DNA of 64,000 nt. It comes from an uncultured Gammaproteobacteria bacterium. Its GTDB lineage: Bacteria; Patescibacteriota; Microgenomatia; Levybacterales; GWA1-39-11. Below are positions 40,262-49,514 of this stretch, in pieces. Both the position numbers and the translations under genes were made by a program. Within the stretch, counting starts at the first letter, position 1. Every line of letters begins with the position of its first letter. The notes beneath the pieces are model-generated. The model was given only the letters and a program-made list of their open reading frames with translations, did not search any database and was not told the DNA's origin. The DNA lies in assembly GCA_964448725.1 (NCBI GenBank), contig CAYVAJ010000003.1, positions 17,867 to 81,866 of the forward strand, read 5' to 3'.

Positions 40262-40621
40262 ATGAGTGAATTACTAACAAAACAAGAAAGACGAATAAGA
40301 CGCATTAATAGAGTGCGAAGTAAATTATTGGAGAATGGAGGAAAATTGCGGATTTCAGTTTTTGCATCAAATAAGCATCTCTATGCACAGATCATTGATG
40401 ATGCAAAGGGTGTAACTCTCGTTAGTGTTTCTGCATCAGAAGTAAAAGCTGTAAAAGGATCAAAATCAGATATTGCAGCAAGTCTTGGAACATTGCTTGC
40501 TCAAAAAGCACAAAGTGCAAAAATAGGTAATAATTTGGTTTTTGATAAAGGTAGATACAAATATCATGGACGTGTAAAAGCATTTGCAGATGCAGCACGT
40601 GCAGGAGGGCTTAAGTTCTAG
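40262..40621 (+). CDS. rplR: 50S ribosomal protein L18
   Basis: SNKHLYAQIIDD, YHGRVKA. Confidence 0.99.
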   Translation: MSELLTKQERRIRRINRVRSKLLENGGKLRISVFASNKHLYAQIIDDAKGVTLVSVSASEVKAVKGSKSDIAASLGTLLAQKAQSAKIGNNLVFDKGRYKYHGRVKAFADAARAGGLKF

Positions 40622-40653
40622 GTGTATAATAAATAGCTAGGAGTATAATTTAT

Positions 40654-41112
40654 ATGGATAATAATCAATCAAAATACGAAGAAAGAATAGTACAAATTAA
40701 CCGGGTTTCAAAGAAAACCAAAGGTGGAAATAAGGTGAGATTTGCTGCTTTGGTTGTTGTAGGAGACAAGCAAGGTAAAGTTGGAGTGGGACTTGGAAAA
40801 TCAGCAGATGTAGCAAGTGCAATTATTAAAGCAGTTGCATATGCAAAAAATAGACTTATTGATGTACCGATTGTGAATGAAACTATTCCTCATAAGATTC
40901 AAATTAAAGAGGGAGCTGCAGTTATTATGTTAAAACCTGCACCACAAGGAACTGGTATTATCGCAGGTGGAGCTGTGAGAAGTGTAGTAGAAGCAGCAGG
41001 AATCCGAAATATTTCATCCAAAATACTTGGAACATCTAATAAAGCAAGTAATGTATATGCAACATTTGAAGCATTGCGAGCACTTGCAAAACAAAATGGA
41101 GGAATAAAATAA
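40654..41112 (+). CDS. rpsE: 30S ribosomal protein S5
   Basis: RVSKKTKGG, GTGIIAGG. Confidence 0.99.
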   Translation: MDNNQSKYEERIVQINRVSKKTKGGNKVRFAALVVVGDKQGKVGVGLGKSADVASAIIKAVAYAKNRLIDVPIVNETIPHKIQIKEGAAVIMLKPAPQGTGIIAGGAVRSVVEAAGIRNISSKILGTSNKASNVYATFEALRALAKQNGGIK

Positions 41113-41540
41113 TGGAATTACATAAAAGTCCAAAATTAATTGCAGCAAGTGATAAACGGCTTGGTCGTGGTCATGGGTCAGGGCGAGGAAAGACATCTGG
41201 TCGTGGAACCAAAGGACAAAAAGCACGAGGAGCTATTAGCTTATCATTTGAAGGTGGAGCACTCCCGCTTATCAAACGTATGCCTTTTCTGAGAGGAAAA
41301 GGGCGAAATAGTGGAATTAAAGTACCAGCGGTTGAGATTACATTATCAGACTTAGATAAATTGCAAGCAAAGAGTACAGTAACCAAAGATTTTCTTATAG
41401 AAAAAGGCGTTATTGAAAAAAATACAAAGCGCGTCAAAGTTATTGCAACAGGAACAATTGAAACAGCGGTAACAGTACAGATACCTGCTTCAAAAGGTGC
41501 TATTGCAGCAATTGAAAAAGCAGGCGGAAAAGTAGAATAG
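41112..41540 (+). CDS. rplO: 50S ribosomal protein L15
   Basis: GRGHGSGRGKTSGRG.KGQ, FEGG. Confidence 0.99.
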   Translation: MELHKSPKLIAASDKRLGRGHGSGRGKTSGRGTKGQKARGAISLSFEGGALPLIKRMPFLRGKGRNSGIKVPAVEITLSDLDKLQAKSTVTKDFLIEKGVIEKNTKRVKVIATGTIETAVTVQIPASKGAIAAIEKAGGKVE

Positions 41541-41617
41541 ATTGGTGATTGACTAGTTATAATTGACGATTAAACTGTAATAGTCAATAATCAATAATAA
41601 ATAGTCAATAAAAATAT
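41541..41617 (+). repeat. Heptamer-repeat hairpin, rplO/secY junction
   Basis: attggtg attgact agttata attgacg opposed to aatagtc aataatc aataata aatagtc. Confidence 0.88.
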
Positions 41618-42901
41618 ATGGCCTCATTTTTTAGTCTCTTTAAGAATAGCGTGAAGGATCGGGAGATTCGGCGAAAACTTGCTATCACTGCTCTTCTCTT
41701 TCTGGTTTTTCGTTTTTTTGCACATATTCCCGTTTTCGGAGTAAATATTACACAGCTGCAATCTCTTTTTGCACAAAATCAATTTTTAGGTTTACTTGAT
41801 ATTTTCTCTGGCGGCACAATCTCAAACTTTTCAGTTCTCGCATTAGGATTAGGTCCTTACATTTATGCCTCAATTGTGCTGCAGCTTTTGACAGTTGTAT
41901 ATCCTAAATTGGAAGCTCTCTCAAAAGAGGGTGAGTATGGTAGACAAAAAATTAATCAATATACCCGTTACTTGACTGTCCCATTAGCACTTATCCAAGG
42001 ATTTGGAATATATGCGCTATTACGATCTCAAAATCTCATTGGTAATTTAGGTATTGTTGATCTCGCATCATTTATTATTACGCTTGTTGCGGGAACATTA
42101 TTTGTTATGTGGATTGGTGAGCTGCTCTCTGAACAAGGGATTGGAAATGGAATATCATTACTCATCTTTGCTGGTATTGTAAATAGAATTCCTGTAATTG
42201 CAGGACAGACACTAAGCACGCTCGGACAGGCAGATATTATGAATATTCTATTATTCCTAGGAATTGGAGTAGCTATGGTTGCAGCAGTTGTAATGATTAA
42301 TGAAGCAGTTCGCCGTGTTCCTATATTTTATGCTCGCCGTGTTCGTGGATCGCAATCTGTATCTGCACAAAGTACTCATCTACCGCTTAAATTAAATCAA
42401 GCAGGTGTTATTCCGATTATTTTTGCAGTATCATTTGTTTTGCTTCCATCAATGATGGGAAATTATTTTTTGGCTTCAAGTAATCAAACAATGAATGAAA
42501 TTGGACGCTTTTTTGCTACCTATTTCAGCCCACAGCATCCAGTATATAATATTATTTATTTTGTGATGGTAGTCGGGTTTACATACCTCTATACTGCAAT
42601 TATTTTCAACCCTCAGAAGATCTCAGAAGACCTTCAAAAACAGGGAGGATTTATTCCTGGAATAAGACCAGGTAAGCCAACTGCTTCATTTTTAAATACG
42701 ATTGTCACGAGAATCACTCTTGCTGGTGCACTATTTTTGGGTATAATTGCTGTGTTGCCTAATTTACTTGGGTTACTCACAAATACACAAAGTTTGATTA
42801 TTGGTGGTACAAGTATTTTGATTGTAGTATCAGTGGTGATTGAGACTATTAAAATCTTAGAAGTACAGCGGACGACACGAAGTTATGATCAATTCCAATA
42901 A
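41618..42901 (+). CDS. secY: Preprotein translocase subunit SecY
   Basis: 10 TM segments, [24 protein letters not shown]. Confidence 0.99.
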   Translation: MASFFSLFKNSVKDREIRRKLAITALLFLVFRFFAHIPVFGVNITQLQSLFAQNQFLGLLDIFSGGTISNFSVLALGLGPYIYASIVLQLLTVVYPKLEALSKEGEYGRQKINQYTRYLTVPLALIQGFGIYALLRSQNLIGNLGIVDLASFIITLVAGTLFVMWIGELLSEQGIGNGISLLIFAGIVNRIPVIAGQTLSTLGQADIMNILLFLGIGVAMVAAVVMINEAVRRVPIFYARRVRGSQSVSAQSTHLPLKLNQAGVIPIIFAVSFVLLPSMMGNYFLASSNQTMNEIGRFFATYFSPQHPVYNIIYFVMVVGFTYLYTAIIFNPQKISEDLQKQGGFIPGIRPGKPTASFLNTIVTRITLAGALFLGIIAVLPNLLGLLTNTQSLIIGGTSILIVVSVVIETIKILEVQRTTRSYDQFQ

Positions 42902-42936
42902 TTTAATTGATCATATAAAAAGATAGGAATAACGTA

Positions 42937-43491
42937 TTGAAATTAGTACTAATTGGAATACAAGGATCAGGAAAATCTACACAGGGGAATTTGCTCGCAG
43001 AAAAGCTAAAAATCCCCTATCTTTCTACAGGACATATTCTTCGAGAGCTATCAAAAGAGAAAACTAGACTTGGTCGGTATATTAAAGAGACAATCAATGC
43101 CGGAGTACTTGTACCTGACAGTCGCATGATTCCTATTGTTGAGGAATATCTACAGCGTTCTGAATATGAAAAAGGGTATATTTTGGATGGATTCCCCAGA
43201 ACTATTGCACAAGCAAGAGTATTTAATGGAGAGGTAGACAAAGTTATCTATCTAAATGTTTCCGACAAAGAGGCACTATGGCGCTTGTCATATCGAGAAG
43301 AAAACGATACAGACGATCGTGAAGATTCTACGCTACTTGCGATTCGTAAAAGAATAGAACTTTTTCATGAATATACAAAGCCAGTATTAGAGTTTTATAA
43401 AAAGAGAAGACAGCTTATTGAAATAAACGGTGAACAGGAAATTAAAAAAATTCACAAAGAGATTATGCAAAAGCTTAAAGCTGCCAAATGA
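42937..43491 (+). CDS. adk: Adenylate kinase (short LID)
   Basis: GIQGSGKSTQ, LDGFPR; TTG start. Confidence 0.95.
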   Translation: MKLVLIGIQGSGKSTQGNLLAEKLKIPYLSTGHILRELSKEKTRLGRYIKETINAGVLVPDSRMIPIVEEYLQRSEYEKGYILDGFPRTIAQARVFNGEVDKVIYLNVSDKEALWRLSYREENDTDDREDSTLLAIRKRIELFHEYTKPVLEFYKKRRQLIEINGEQEIKKIHKEIMQKLKAAK

Positions 43492-44207
43492 AAAAAGGAT
43501 TTATCATAGCAATTGATGGACCAGTCGCTTCAGGAAAAGGTACTATTGCCAAAAAACTTTCTCAAATAATTAATGCTCTGAATTTTAACTCCGGTGGAAT
43601 ATATAGAGCATATGCCAGTAAGTTGCTGAGTCATGGAATACATCAAAACGATGAACAGGCCATTCAAGAAACCCTCAAGCCAGGAGAAGCTGAAATTATT
43701 ATTGATCCTGAAAACCATGATGAGTTTGTTATTACGCTTGAAGGCGTTGACGTAACAGAACAGTTACTTATACCTGAAATCTCAATGGCTGCATCAGATT
43801 TTGGTAAAAGTAAAGCGTTTGTAGAATTTATAAGTAGCGAATTGAGAAGAATAGCAAAAAAATATGAAAGTTTGGGCCTTGGTATTATTATGGAAGGACG
43901 ACAGATAGGAACGGATGTGTTCCCTGATGCAGATGTAAAACTATTTCTAACAGCTGATTTACAAACACGATCCAAACGGCGGTATACACAATATCAGGCT
44001 AATAATATCGCTCGAACAATTGAAGAGGTTATAACAGAGACAAGTAAACGTGATGAACAAGATATGAGCAGAGAATTTGGTGCGCTTCCCCGCTATCCTG
44101 AAAAGTTAGGATATGTTATCATAGATAACTCAAAGCTCACTGAGCAGGAAACATTGGATGCAATTCTTACAATTTTGCAAAAAAAAGGTATATGGATAAA
44201 AAAATAG
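43488..44207 (+). CDS. cmk: Cytidylate kinase
   Basis: IAIDGPVASGKGT, MEGRQIGT.VFPDA. Confidence 0.93.
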   Translation: MKKGFIIAIDGPVASGKGTIAKKLSQIINALNFNSGGIYRAYASKLLSHGIHQNDEQAIQETLKPGEAEIIIDPENHDEFVITLEGVDVTEQLLIPEISMAASDFGKSKAFVEFISSELRRIAKKYESLGLGIIMEGRQIGTDVFPDADVKLFLTADLQTRSKRRYTQYQANNIARTIEEVITETSKRDEQDMSREFGALPRYPEKLGYVIIDNSKLTEQETLDAILTILQKKGIWIKK

Positions 44208-44998
44208 AGCAAAAAATTGAAGCAATGACTAAAGCAGGCAATATTTTAGGTGCTGCTATGGATGAAGTGTTAAAACAAGCGCAACCAGGCGTAACAGAAC
44301 TAGAATTAGATAAGATTGTTGATACCTTCATTACAAAAAATGGCGGATTTCCTGGATTTAAAAAGGTACCTGGGTATAAACATGCTATCTGTGCATGTAC
44401 CAATGATGTCGTGGTCCATGGAATTCCAAAAAATCGTGTGCTACAAGAGGGAGATAGTATTTGTATTGATACAGGAGTGTATGTAGATGGATATCACACA
44501 GATATGGGTGAAACTATTAAGATAGGTGGAAAAATTGTAGATACTGTTAATGAGGAAGATGAAGTTGGAAAGTTTTTCTCTGTGGGTAAAAGAACAATGT
44601 GGAGAGCAATAGAACAGGCACTACCAGGGAATAGAGTTGGTCATATATCACAAGTGATTCAAGAAAACGTTGAAGGGGCAGGGTATTCTGTTGTTCGTAA
44701 TCTAGTTGGCCATGGTGTAGGTAAAACATTACATGAAAAACCAGAAATTCCTGGTATTCTCAGTCAACCAATTGAGAAAACACCAGTTATAAAAGCAGGC
44801 ATGACCCTTGCTATTGAAGTAATTTATAATATGGGAGAGCCGGATGTGGAGTATGAAGGTGAGGACGGATGGACAATCGTCACTGCAGACGGGTCATTAT
44901 CTGCAGTATTTGAACGGACTATTTTGGTCAGTGATGAGGGGCCTATATTATTGACGAAATTGCCTTCAGATGAGATCACGCGTACCCTTGCGTTATAG
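44192..44998 (+). CDS. map: Methionine aminopeptidase type I
   Basis: VVHGIP, GHGVG..LHE, AIE. Confidence 0.97.
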   Translation: MDKKIEQKIEAMTKAGNILGAAMDEVLKQAQPGVTELELDKIVDTFITKNGGFPGFKKVPGYKHAICACTNDVVVHGIPKNRVLQEGDSICIDTGVYVDGYHTDMGETIKIGGKIVDTVNEEDEVGKFFSVGKRTMWRAIEQALPGNRVGHISQVIQENVEGAGYSVVRNLVGHGVGKTLHEKPEIPGILSQPIEKTPVIKAGMTLAIEVIYNMGEPDVEYEGEDGWTIVTADGSLSAVFERTILVSDEGPILLTKLPSDEITRTLAL

Positions 44999-45000
44999 TA

Positions 45001-45029
45001 TTGATTACCTGTAAGAAATCTGTTAGAAT
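45001..45029 (+). promoter_or_regulatory. Candidate promoter upstream of infA
   Basis: TTGATT-17 bp-TAGAAT with extended TG. Confidence 0.55.
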
Positions 45030-45105
45030 AACTCATCCCAGTATTTGTAGGGTAGTTTTGTGTGGATTCATTAAGAATCGATAGATCCTCCAATTTGGGC
45101 TAAAT

Positions 45106-45324
45106 ATGGCACATCAAGGATCGATTGAAATTGACGGAGTGGTAAAGGAAGTGCTGCCTAATACATTGTTTCGAGTAGAAGTTGAGGGTGGGCATGAGGT
45201 GTTGTGTCATTTATCAGGTAAGATGAGAATTCATTTCATCAAAATCTTACCAGGAGACAAAGTAAAGATCGAAGTGACACCATATGATAAGACGAAGGGA
45301 AGAATAACATACAGACTTCGTTAA
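45106..45324 (+). CDS. infA: Translation initiation factor IF-1
   Basis: [20 protein letters not shown]. Confidence 0.99.
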   Translation: MAHQGSIEIDGVVKEVLPNTLFRVEVEGGHEVLCHLSGKMRIHFIKILPGDKVKIEVTPYDKTKGRITYRLR

Positions 45325-45420
45325 GCGGAGAACGGAGAACGAGTAGCGTAAAGCTTATGTAGATTTATAAATATACTACTCAGTTTTACACTTTAAGATT
45401 TAAGCTTTAAATTATATATT
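45322..45420 (+). repeat. Heptamer-repeat spacer, infA/rpsM junction
   Basis: taagcgg agaacgg agaacga gtagcgt aaagctt opposed to tcagttt tacactt taagatt taagctt. Confidence 0.7.
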
Positions 45421-45810
45421 ATGCGTTTAGTAGGAGTAAATTTACCAGATAACAAGCGGATTGATATAGCACTTACCTATATTTATGGGGTAGGGCGTAC
45501 TAATGTGTACGAAATATTAAAAAAAGCAAATATTGATCCAGCTGTACGGAGTCATACGCTTAATGAAGAAGAATTAGGAAGATTACAAAAAGCACTTGAG
45601 CCTTACAAAATTGAAGGTGATCTTCGTGCTGAAATATTTGAAAATACCAAAAGACTTCGTGAAATCTCTAGTTATCGGGGAATAAGACATACTCGTGGTC
45701 TTCCGGCACATGGACAGCGGACTCGTTCTAATGCACGTACAAAGCGAGGAAAGAGAGTAACTATTGGAGCTATCCGAAAAGAAGTAGCAGAGAGAATGGG
45801 GGTAAAATAA
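45421..45810 (+). CDS. rpsM: 30S ribosomal protein S13
   Basis: ALTYIYGVG, RGLP..GQRT. Confidence 0.99.
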   Translation: MRLVGVNLPDNKRIDIALTYIYGVGRTNVYEILKKANIDPAVRSHTLNEEELGRLQKALEPYKIEGDLRAEIFENTKRLREISSYRGIRHTRGLPAHGQRTRSNARTKRGKRVTIGAIRKEVAERMGVK

Positions 45811-45878
45811 ATTGAGAATTGAAAATGGAGAATTGAAAAATAATTCTCAAATCTCAACTCTCAATTATCAATTTTAAT
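45808..45878 (+). repeat. Heptamer-repeat hairpin, rpsM/rpsK junction
   Basis: attgaga attgaaa atggaga attgaaa opposed to aattctc aaatctc aactctc aattatc aatttt. Confidence 0.9.
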
Positions 45879-46280
45879 ATGGCTAAACCAAGAGCAGCAA
45901 AAAAAGCAACAAAAAAACAGAAGCAGATGGTAACAACCGGTAATGGCCGTGTATATGTTAGCACAACATTTAATAATACTATTGTTACGGTAACAAACGA
46001 AAAAGGAGATGCTGTCGCATGGAGTAGCGCAGGCGCTGCTGGATTTAAAGGTGCTCGGAAATCAACTCCTTATGCTTCAACTTCAGTAGTTGAAGATGCA
46101 ATAAAAAAAGCTCGTGAAGTAGGAGTAACTTCTGTAGAAGTATATATTAAAGGTCCAGGTGTGGGGCGTGATGCAGCACTACGTGCAATCCGCAATTCAG
46201 GCGTGACTATTGCTATGATTGCTGATATCACACCGATTCCACACAACGGTCCAAGACCAAAGAAGAAAAGAAGAAACTAA
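45879..46280 (+). CDS. rpsK: 30S ribosomal protein S11
   Basis: FNNT, RKSTPYA, PIPHNG. Confidence 0.99.
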   Translation: MAKPRAAKKATKKQKQMVTTGNGRVYVSTTFNNTIVTVTNEKGDAVAWSSAGAAGFKGARKSTPYASTSVVEDAIKKAREVGVTSVEVYIKGPGVGRDAALRAIRNSGVTIAMIADITPIPHNGPRPKKKRRN

Positions 46281-46285
46281 TTACT

Positions 46286-46888
46286 ATGGCACGATATACA
46301 GGTCCAAAACATAAATTGTCGAGAAGAGAAGGAGTAAACCTAACTGGGAAGCTCTCTCAATCTCTTGATCGCCGTTTAACAAATCCTCCAGGAGGACTGA
46401 ATCGTCGTGGCCGTCCACGTAAGATGTCCGAATATGGTATCCAGCTTCGGGAAAAACAAAAATTAAAGAGAATTTATGGACTTCTTGAAAAACAATTTTC
46501 AAACTATGTAGATGAAGCATCACGGTTAACTGGAAATACTGAGGAAGTTCTTATACAGTTACTTGAATCAAGACTTGATAATATGGTCTATCGTATGGGA
46601 TTTGCTAATTCTCGTGCTCAGGCGCGTCAATATGTGTCTCATGGTCATATCCTAGTAAACAATAGTAAAATAAGTATTCCTTCATATCGAGTAAAAGAAG
46701 GAGATGTTATATCACTTCGTCCAAAACTTGCAGAACTTGATATTATTAAATCAAAATTAGAGGAAGAACCAATTACTGATTTTGTAAAACGAACAAAAGG
46801 AAAAGGTAAAGTTTTACGCATGCCAACGCGTGATGAAGTAGCAAATCCAGTTGATTACGCTTTGGTTGTTGAATTTTACTCAAGATAA
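46286..46888 (+). CDS. rpsD: 30S ribosomal protein S4
   Basis: MARYTGP, QLREKQK, LESRLDN, VEFYSR. Confidence 0.99.
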   Translation: MARYTGPKHKLSRREGVNLTGKLSQSLDRRLTNPPGGLNRRGRPRKMSEYGIQLREKQKLKRIYGLLEKQFSNYVDEASRLTGNTEEVLIQLLESRLDNMVYRMGFANSRAQARQYVSHGHILVNNSKISIPSYRVKEGDVISLRPKLAELDIIKSKLEEEPITDFVKRTKGKGKVLRMPTRDEVANPVDYALVVEFYSR

Positions 46889-46963
46889 TAGTACAATAGT
46901 GTTCTGTGAGCCGTAACAGGCAATAATATATTTGTGGCTTGCAGGATTTTTAGGATAAAAAAT

Positions 46964-47902
46964 ATGATTGAACCAAATTTTAAAGTTATAGAAGAAGCAC
47001 AAGAAGGTGGATATACCCGATTTATTATCGAACCTCTTGAGCCAGGATTCGGACACACATTAGGTGTTGCGCTTCGCCGCGTCATGTTAAACAACATTGA
47101 AGGTGCAGCAGTAACCTCTGTCAAAATTGAAGGGGCAAAACACATGTTCTCTACACTCCCAGGACTAAAGGAAGATGTTATAGAATTAATCCTTAATATT
47201 AAAACTCTTCGAGTAAAATTAGCTGAAGGTCAATCTGAAGCTCGTATGACACTTTCTAAATCAGGTCAAGGTAAAGTACTTGCAAAGGATATTGAATTAA
47301 CTGAAGGTGTTGAAATCGTTGACCCAGAACATTACCTTGGAAGTTTAGCTGATAAAAGTTCAAAACTTGAAATTGAATTTATTGTTGAACGAGGTCTTGG
47401 ATATTCACTTGCAGAAGAACGAAAAGTTTCAACAGTTGGAGTAATTCCAATTGATGCTATCTTCTCTCCAATTCAAAAAGTTAACTATAAAGTAGAGCAA
47501 ACCCGCGTAGGACGCCAAACAAATTATGACAAAATTGTATTTGAAGTTTGGACAGACGGAACAGTTGATGCTCGACAAGCACTTGATGATTCAAGTAAGA
47601 TTCTTGTTTCTTATTTCTCAATGATCACTCAGCCAAAAACTGAGGGAGATGCTGTTACAGCTTCTGATGAAGATGGTGCATCAGCTACTCCTGCAATCTC
47701 AGATGATCTTATGCGCATGACAGTTGATGAGCTTGATCTCCCAACAAGAATTTATAACAGTCTTCGTAATGCAGGAATTGAGACAGTTGGTGATATGTTA
47801 AATACACCACGTAAGGAACTTATGACCTATCGAAATTTGGGTGCAAAATCATTGTCAATTATTGACGAAAGCCTGGCAGAAAAAGGAATTACGTATAAGT
47901 AA
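46964..47902 (+). CDS. rpoA: RNA polymerase alpha subunit
   Basis: EPLEPGFGHTLG, IDAIFSP, alpha-CTD NLGAKS. Confidence 0.99.
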   Translation: MIEPNFKVIEEAQEGGYTRFIIEPLEPGFGHTLGVALRRVMLNNIEGAAVTSVKIEGAKHMFSTLPGLKEDVIELILNIKTLRVKLAEGQSEARMTLSKSGQGKVLAKDIELTEGVEIVDPEHYLGSLADKSSKLEIEFIVERGLGYSLAEERKVSTVGVIPIDAIFSPIQKVNYKVEQTRVGRQTNYDKIVFEVWTDGTVDARQALDDSSKILVSYFSMITQPKTEGDAVTASDEDGASATPAISDDLMRMTVDELDLPTRIYNSLRNAGIETVGDMLNTPRKELMTYRNLGAKSLSIIDESLAEKGITYK

Positions 47903-47932
47903 TTAATTCAAAAATATAAATTTAGTGCTATT

Positions 47933-47956
47933 TGCGTCAAGGCTGACGCATTTTTT
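47933..47956 (+). terminator. Intrinsic terminator between rpoA and rplQ
   Basis: tgcgtca-aggc-tgacgca-tttttt. Confidence 0.75.
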
Positions 47957-48002
47957 GTTAAAAAGGGCTTTTTATAATGGTGGACATATCTGGGAGGCAA
48001 TT

Positions 48003-48509
48003 ATGAGAAAGAAAATATTTGGTCGAAGATTTAAAAGAGATATAAATCAGCGAAAATCATTATTTCGCAGTCTAATGCGTGAGCTTGTATTACAAGAGCG
48101 CATTAAAACTACTGAAGCAAAAGCAAAATCTATTAAAGGTGAGATTGAAAAGCATATTACAAAAGCAAAAGTGCAGGGAGATGCAGCCCGTGTACATCTT
48201 CAAAAAACTTTTCAGCAAGATGTAATCGACAAAATTATTAATGATCTTGCACCACGATTTGAAAGTCGTCCAGGTGGGTATACCCGAATTGTACGGTTAG
48301 GTAACCGAGTAAAAGATAACGCTCCTATGGTATATATCGAGTGGGTTGAAAAATCAACAGTTGTAGTTGAGGATGAACCTAAAAAACGAAATAAGAAAAA
48401 TGATACTAAAGCTGCTGATGCAAAGAAAGGAAAAGAAGAAAAAAGTGCTGATAGTAAAACAGCAAAAAAACCAGCTAAAAAAGCAGCTCCAAAAAAGGAG
48501 AAAAAGTAA
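48003..48509 (+). CDS. rplQ: 50S ribosomal protein L17 with Lys-rich tail
   Basis: IKTTEAKAK, RPGGYTRI; SD GGAGG. Confidence 0.98.
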   Translation: MRKKIFGRRFKRDINQRKSLFRSLMRELVLQERIKTTEAKAKSIKGEIEKHITKAKVQGDAARVHLQKTFQQDVIDKIINDLAPRFESRPGGYTRIVRLGNRVKDNAPMVYIEWVEKSTVVVEDEPKKRNKKNDTKAADAKKGKEEKSADSKTAKKPAKKAAPKKEKK

Positions 48510-48512
48510 CAT

Positions 48513-48956
48513 ATGAAAACAACAGTATCAACAAAAGAAAATCAAATTGAACGTTCATGGCATGTAATTGATCTTTCTGATCAAACGCTTGGTCGGGTTG
48601 CAACAAAGATTGCAGAACTGCTCATGGGTAAAAACAAATCATATTTTGTTCGTAATCTTGACTGTGGAGATCATGTTGTTGTGGTGAATGCAAAAAATTT
48701 TATCGCAACAGGAAATAAAGAAAATGCAAAAGTATATACCCGATATTCTGGGTATCCAGGAGGATTAAAGACAGAAACACTTGGTCGGCTTCGAGATAGA
48801 AAGCCAGAAGAAGTTATTCGTCATGCTGTTTCAGGAATGTTGCCTAAGAATAGGCTGCGTGATAAAATGCTGAAACGTCTCTATGTATTTGCGGATGATA
48901 AACATCCATATGAAGAGAAAATAAAAAGTGAAGGAGGAAATGCAGAGAGTAAATAG
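48513..48956 (+). CDS. rplM: 50S ribosomal protein L13
   Basis: LGRVAT, DCGDHV, SGYPGG, GMLPKN. Confidence 0.99.
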   Translation: MKTTVSTKENQIERSWHVIDLSDQTLGRVATKIAELLMGKNKSYFVRNLDCGDHVVVVNAKNFIATGNKENAKVYTRYSGYPGGLKTETLGRLRDRKPEEVIRHAVSGMLPKNRLRDKMLKRLYVFADDKHPYEEKIKSEGGNAESK

Positions 48957-48996
48957 TTGATAAAACTACATATTATACTCTCTACGCTAATAATTT

Positions 48997-49464
48997 ATGG
49001 CAAAAGCAACAACAACAAAACAAGTGAAGTCAGCTCCATTTACCTATGCTGTAGGACGGCGTAAGGAATCTGTAGCACGTGTTCGTGTCTATAATCCGCA
49101 AGGTACTACAATTAGTGTTTTTGGTAATGAGTACAAAACAGGTGATTTAGTTGTGAATGGTAAACAAGCTGCAGAGTACTTTCGATTTAAACCATACGAA
49201 CCAAAATATAAGAAAATCTTTGAATTGACAGATACACTTGGAAAATATTTTGTTTCAGTAAAAGTAGAAGGCGGAGGAATTGGTGGACAGTTAGATGCAA
49301 TGCTGCATGGAATTGCACGAGCTTTTGATAAAATTGATACTGAAAAATATCACACACTATTGAAGTCAAACGGCTATTTAACTCGTGACCCACGAACACG
49401 CGAACGCCGCAAAGTTGGAACAGGTGGAAAAGCACGACGCCAAAAGCAATCTCCAAAACGATAA
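48997..49464 (+). CDS. rpsI: 30S ribosomal protein S9
   Basis: GRRKESVARV, LTRDPR..ERRK, QSPKR. Confidence 0.99.
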   Translation: MAKATTTKQVKSAPFTYAVGRRKESVARVRVYNPQGTTISVFGNEYKTGDLVVNGKQAAEYFRFKPYEPKYKKIFELTDTLGKYFVSVKVEGGGIGGQLDAMLHGIARAFDKIDTEKYHTLLKSNGYLTRDPRTRERRKVGTGGKARRQKQSPKR

Positions 49465-49514
49465 GTTTTATTTATTCAAAAAATAATCTTCTTCAGTTTG
49501 TTATAATCCTTTAT

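Noticed and set aside
31977-49464. Idea that ribosomal-protein genes here lack SD sequences
   Set aside because: Junctions without inserts have clear SDs, and at most insert-bearing junctions an SD-like word is displaced upstream.
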